This document shows positions 60,332 to 64,000 of a stretch of DNA of 64,000 nucleotides, one piece after another. The stretch's first letter is position 1. Each line of letters opens with the position of its first letter. Below the pieces are notes generated by a model. The model saw only the letters and a program-made list of their open reading frames with translations. It did no database searches and had not been told where the DNA came from. Source of the stretch: Lytechinus pictus (lineage: Eukaryota); NCBI RefSeq assembly GCF_037042905.1, contig NC_087261.1:9052001-9116000 (forward strand), read 5' to 3'. Position numbers and translations under genes: made by a program.

Positions 60332-63300
60332 TTAAGGAAAAGGGGGCAGAGGGAACATTATTTGACGGGAGACCGTCATAGATAAGAAAAGGAATAGGGG
60401 GAGGACGATAGACACATGACAAATGGGGTGCTAATTTGTGATGAAGTTTGGAGTTAATGAGATGAGACAGGATAGATTCTGTTAATGGTGGTCCCCCATC
60501 CTCAATAGCAGGTCCCTGGTGGGCCAACCACGGCTGATATTAGATACCCTGCCTAATCAAGCTCCGAGGCCGCTGAAAAGGAGGTCTCAACCACTGTGTT
60601 TATCAAAGCACAATTAGTGAAGGACTATCGACAACTCCCACGAGACTGGTATAAATGAGTATACCCCCACACCAGCGCAAATCAAAGTCCTACAATTTAT
60701 CTTGCCCTTAAAAATATAGGGCTGGTTTTTTTTTTAATGTAATTTATGCATCCATTAGTCCTATACACTCAATCATAAGGGCTGCATTTCAGTCAAAACC
60801 CATAGATAAGGATTAAAATCCAGGCTAAAGGTTGAAGACTCTATAAACATATCAAAATAATAATAGGCAAAGTTCAAATAAACATGTTTACAGAAAGCAA
60901 TATTAGGCCTGGAAAAATTGAGGTTACTTTTTGTCCTGTTTCTTTTTATTCCATATTAGTTTTTTAATGTAATCATATGCCAATTTACAGGGCTTTTTAT
61001 TCTGCTATTAACATATATACCTAGGCCTTCATGGTCTATATCAGACATTTGGGGGCTAAATTGATTGCCCTCAGTCCTTATTATTTTTTTTTTTATACTT
61101 TCCGGACTTAATGTATGTTTGAACACTTGTTTCCAGAAGAAATCAACAGCTGTTAATACGAATGATCTCCATCCCTTTCTCATCCGATTAAAACTCCCCA
61201 TCCTTTTGTTCACTTGTCATTGTGAGTTTTATATGATCCTGGTTTCCTGCAGGCTTTAATGATATGTGCTGCTAATTATTTTTGATGCCAGGGCTTTCAA
61301 GCAAGGCGAGCAGGGCGGTCCCCGATGCCTGATAAATCCTAGCACTCCTCACACCAGCGCAAGACGGGCGACCTTAATAGATTTCTCCTCCGGAGAAAAA
61401 TGGCACTTTCTCTCCTAAGGATAGCTATCTCCTTATCTCCATCCTGTCATTTTCTTTGTATGGAGGTCTTTGATTAATTATTCATAATTAATTTCCTATT
61501 TCTATATCGTGGAAAATGAACTTAAACAGATCATCATCAATCAATGTAATTATCATCAGAATTACCGTGGTAATCATTTACTTTCACCTGCTCAACATAG
61601 TTTGCTTTAGTCTAGCACATTGTCCATATACAGCCTTGCCTGATTTATCTCAAGCATGAGGAAAATATTATTGGCAGGCAGCAGGCCTATATCATGAAAT
61701 TCCTATAAGAGTGCTTTCAAGAAATTGAAATTCAAATGTGGCTATAGTTCCAGAGGTCCAAATAAGCTACAGTACAAACTAATAATGGAGAATAAGAAAG
61801 GGGAATGGATTAATAAGATATTCACTGACCGATTTTCCCCCATCTTTCCCATTTGACCCCTCTTATTCTTTCTTTTATTTTCATTTTTTTCTCTAAATAG
61901 AATCCCATTTATGCAATTTTTTTACTCTGAGGTGAATGCTACACTGATGTTGGAGGCGAAGTTGGAGGGGACGCAATTTTTTTGTAAGGATCGGTTTGAG
62001 TTATTATGCTGCGATCTTAATCAAACCGGAAATACTTATCATAATTATCTCATTCATAATTTTTCCCAGCAACTGTCTTTTCGCTGGTCATAAACATACC
62101 TTTGATACATGTAAGTCTATGATCAGCGTTACATTTAGCATAAAATGAGGAAGGACGCACCCTTATTTCTAAATAACATGCAACAAAAGCCGGATTTTGG
62201 CCCGAGAATGAGTTGCATATGCATCCAAAGTGAGAAGGAACATGGGAACGATCAACTTTCTTTTTACCATCCCCCAGAGAATTCTCCAAAGAAACTGTTG
62301 CAAAAATCTTTCTTACTTTGTGATTTTGACAGTGCAGATTTTGTTGACTGTTGCTCGTATAAATGGGAATGCCTTTTGGGCATCTTTAAACTCTCCTTCA
62401 ATTCAGGCTCCATTTAATTCCACAACATCTTTCCTCCAAATGTGCGAGAAAGAAAAAAACTATAATCCTTCAATACATATAATAGTCCAAACATACAGCA
62501 ATTTCAGCTAGGAAAATTTTCCTCTTTTTTCACCCGGCAAGCTTTTGAGAGGGTTAAACTTTTCTTAAAGGCTAAAGCAATGTTTGGTTATCATAATAAT
62601 TACCAGTACCAGTAATACGTCTACATACAGGTACTTTGCATCTATACGATAGAATTGATCCACAAAGGGTCATGTCAGAAGTTATGCTTTCCAAAGAAAT
62701 TTACATAAACAACTTATTTCTTTTTATCAAGATTTCAAAATTAATTCTGACAAACAAATGGGAAAGTTGGCCTATTACTTTCTGTTAATTTGTTTATCTC
62801 GAATGCCAATCACAGCTCATCTTTTAGCGTCCATTGTCTCTTTTGGTTCTATTATATATCGTTTAGTTCTAGCATTCTGTTCATTCATGCAATTTTACTC
62901 CGATGAGTGCATGTCGAAAAGCTTTAGTACATGTAGGTCCGTTTTTAAGGCTATTTTATTACTTTCTGTCTATCAGATGGCAACTTTCATGCTCCGCTTA
63001 TAGTTATTACCATGGAGCTCCTAGAGAACCATACAGGCCTAACTCTAACATTCTGCATCCGAACGATATGCAATTTGGATGTTACATATATACATGTAGG
63101 GCCTACATGTATATCACAATGACGTTTTACATTCTATTCATTTAAAAATTACATATATATCAACACAGCAAAAATAGCAATGAATGGTATGTATCACTTG
63201 TTTGAATATCTGGGGATTTCAGCTTTAAAACCACACTACCAGTAAAGAAGTAAGTGAAAAGAATGGAGCGTGAATTAAAGAAAAAGCGAGTAAGTAGGCC

Positions 63301-64000
63301 TCTAATGGAGTAGGTCTTTGAATGAGTCTTCTCTTTCTCTCTCTCCTGGGCCATGCCTGGGCCAAGGATTTTGGCCAAAGGCAGGCAGCTTTGGCATGTT
63401 TATACGTGGTTTAATTGCCTGTCTTAGAAATGTTTAGAATAATAACAGGGAATAAAGGTACACCGCCTCCGGCAATCTTCTTGTGGTATTTATTCGTTCT
63501 TTTCCCCCCATTTTATGGTCATTTTCTGATAGCTTGCTTTTGAATTCCTTGATTTTTGCTTTCCTCATAACCTTTTCCCCGTTTATTTCATCTGTCATGA
63601 CCGAATGTGTTCTTCATAATATTCCTTCTTTTTGCCAACATTCAATAACAAGTCATTTTTCAACTATTACAGTCAGCCATTCTACACCTCATTACCAAAC
63701 TTACAAGTTTTGTTGAAAAGAAAAGTCCATATTCACTTGTTTCCTTTATAGGTTCTGTACAAGGCCTATCTGATTCAGGTAGGCCCGAGGTCAGTTACAG
63801 TTTGAGGAATTTTATTTTGAACGGTCCATGATCTGTATTCTGTATGCAAAACTAATAATTGGCTAATGGTTTCCTTCCATATATTCAACTTGCACAGTGC
63901 ATGTTCAATGGAAAATGCCAAATATAACAAACAGGTATTTATTTTTGCAATATCTATTCTTCTTCTCCAATACTTCAACAAGGTTTCACATTTAATGGGT

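Overview
This is AT-rich, intron-containing animal genomic DNA with one assembly gap (N 4576-4713). The repeat landscape (tRNA-headed SINEs, many short TIR elements, L2/CR1-like LINE tails) suggests an echinoderm such as a sea urchin, but that is inference. Four spliced protein-coding genes can be reconstructed with GT-AG boundaries and consistent intron phases. (1) A two-exon minus-strand gene (5681->3687) for a 156-aa secreted, cationic protein with a PPPDE/permuted-papain-like His...NNC signature; this is the most unusual item in the window. (2) A four-exon minus-strand CIMIP2C/FAM166C (C2orf70) ciliary microtubule inner protein (25066->16382). (3) An 18-exon plus-strand RSPH10B MORN-repeat radial spoke gene (25593->48344), head-to-head with CIMIP2C across a 526-bp putative bidirectional promoter. 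(4) The last five coding exons of eyes absent (eya) on the minus strand (59224->55625), convergent with RSPH10B. RSPH10B introns contain three separate local tandem duplications anchored on its own splice junctions, producing decoy donors and acceptors. The rest is a dense set of non-autonomous DNA transposons (TTAA, 3-bp, 8-bp and 9-bp TSD classes), SINEs, a LINE fragment and minisatellites.
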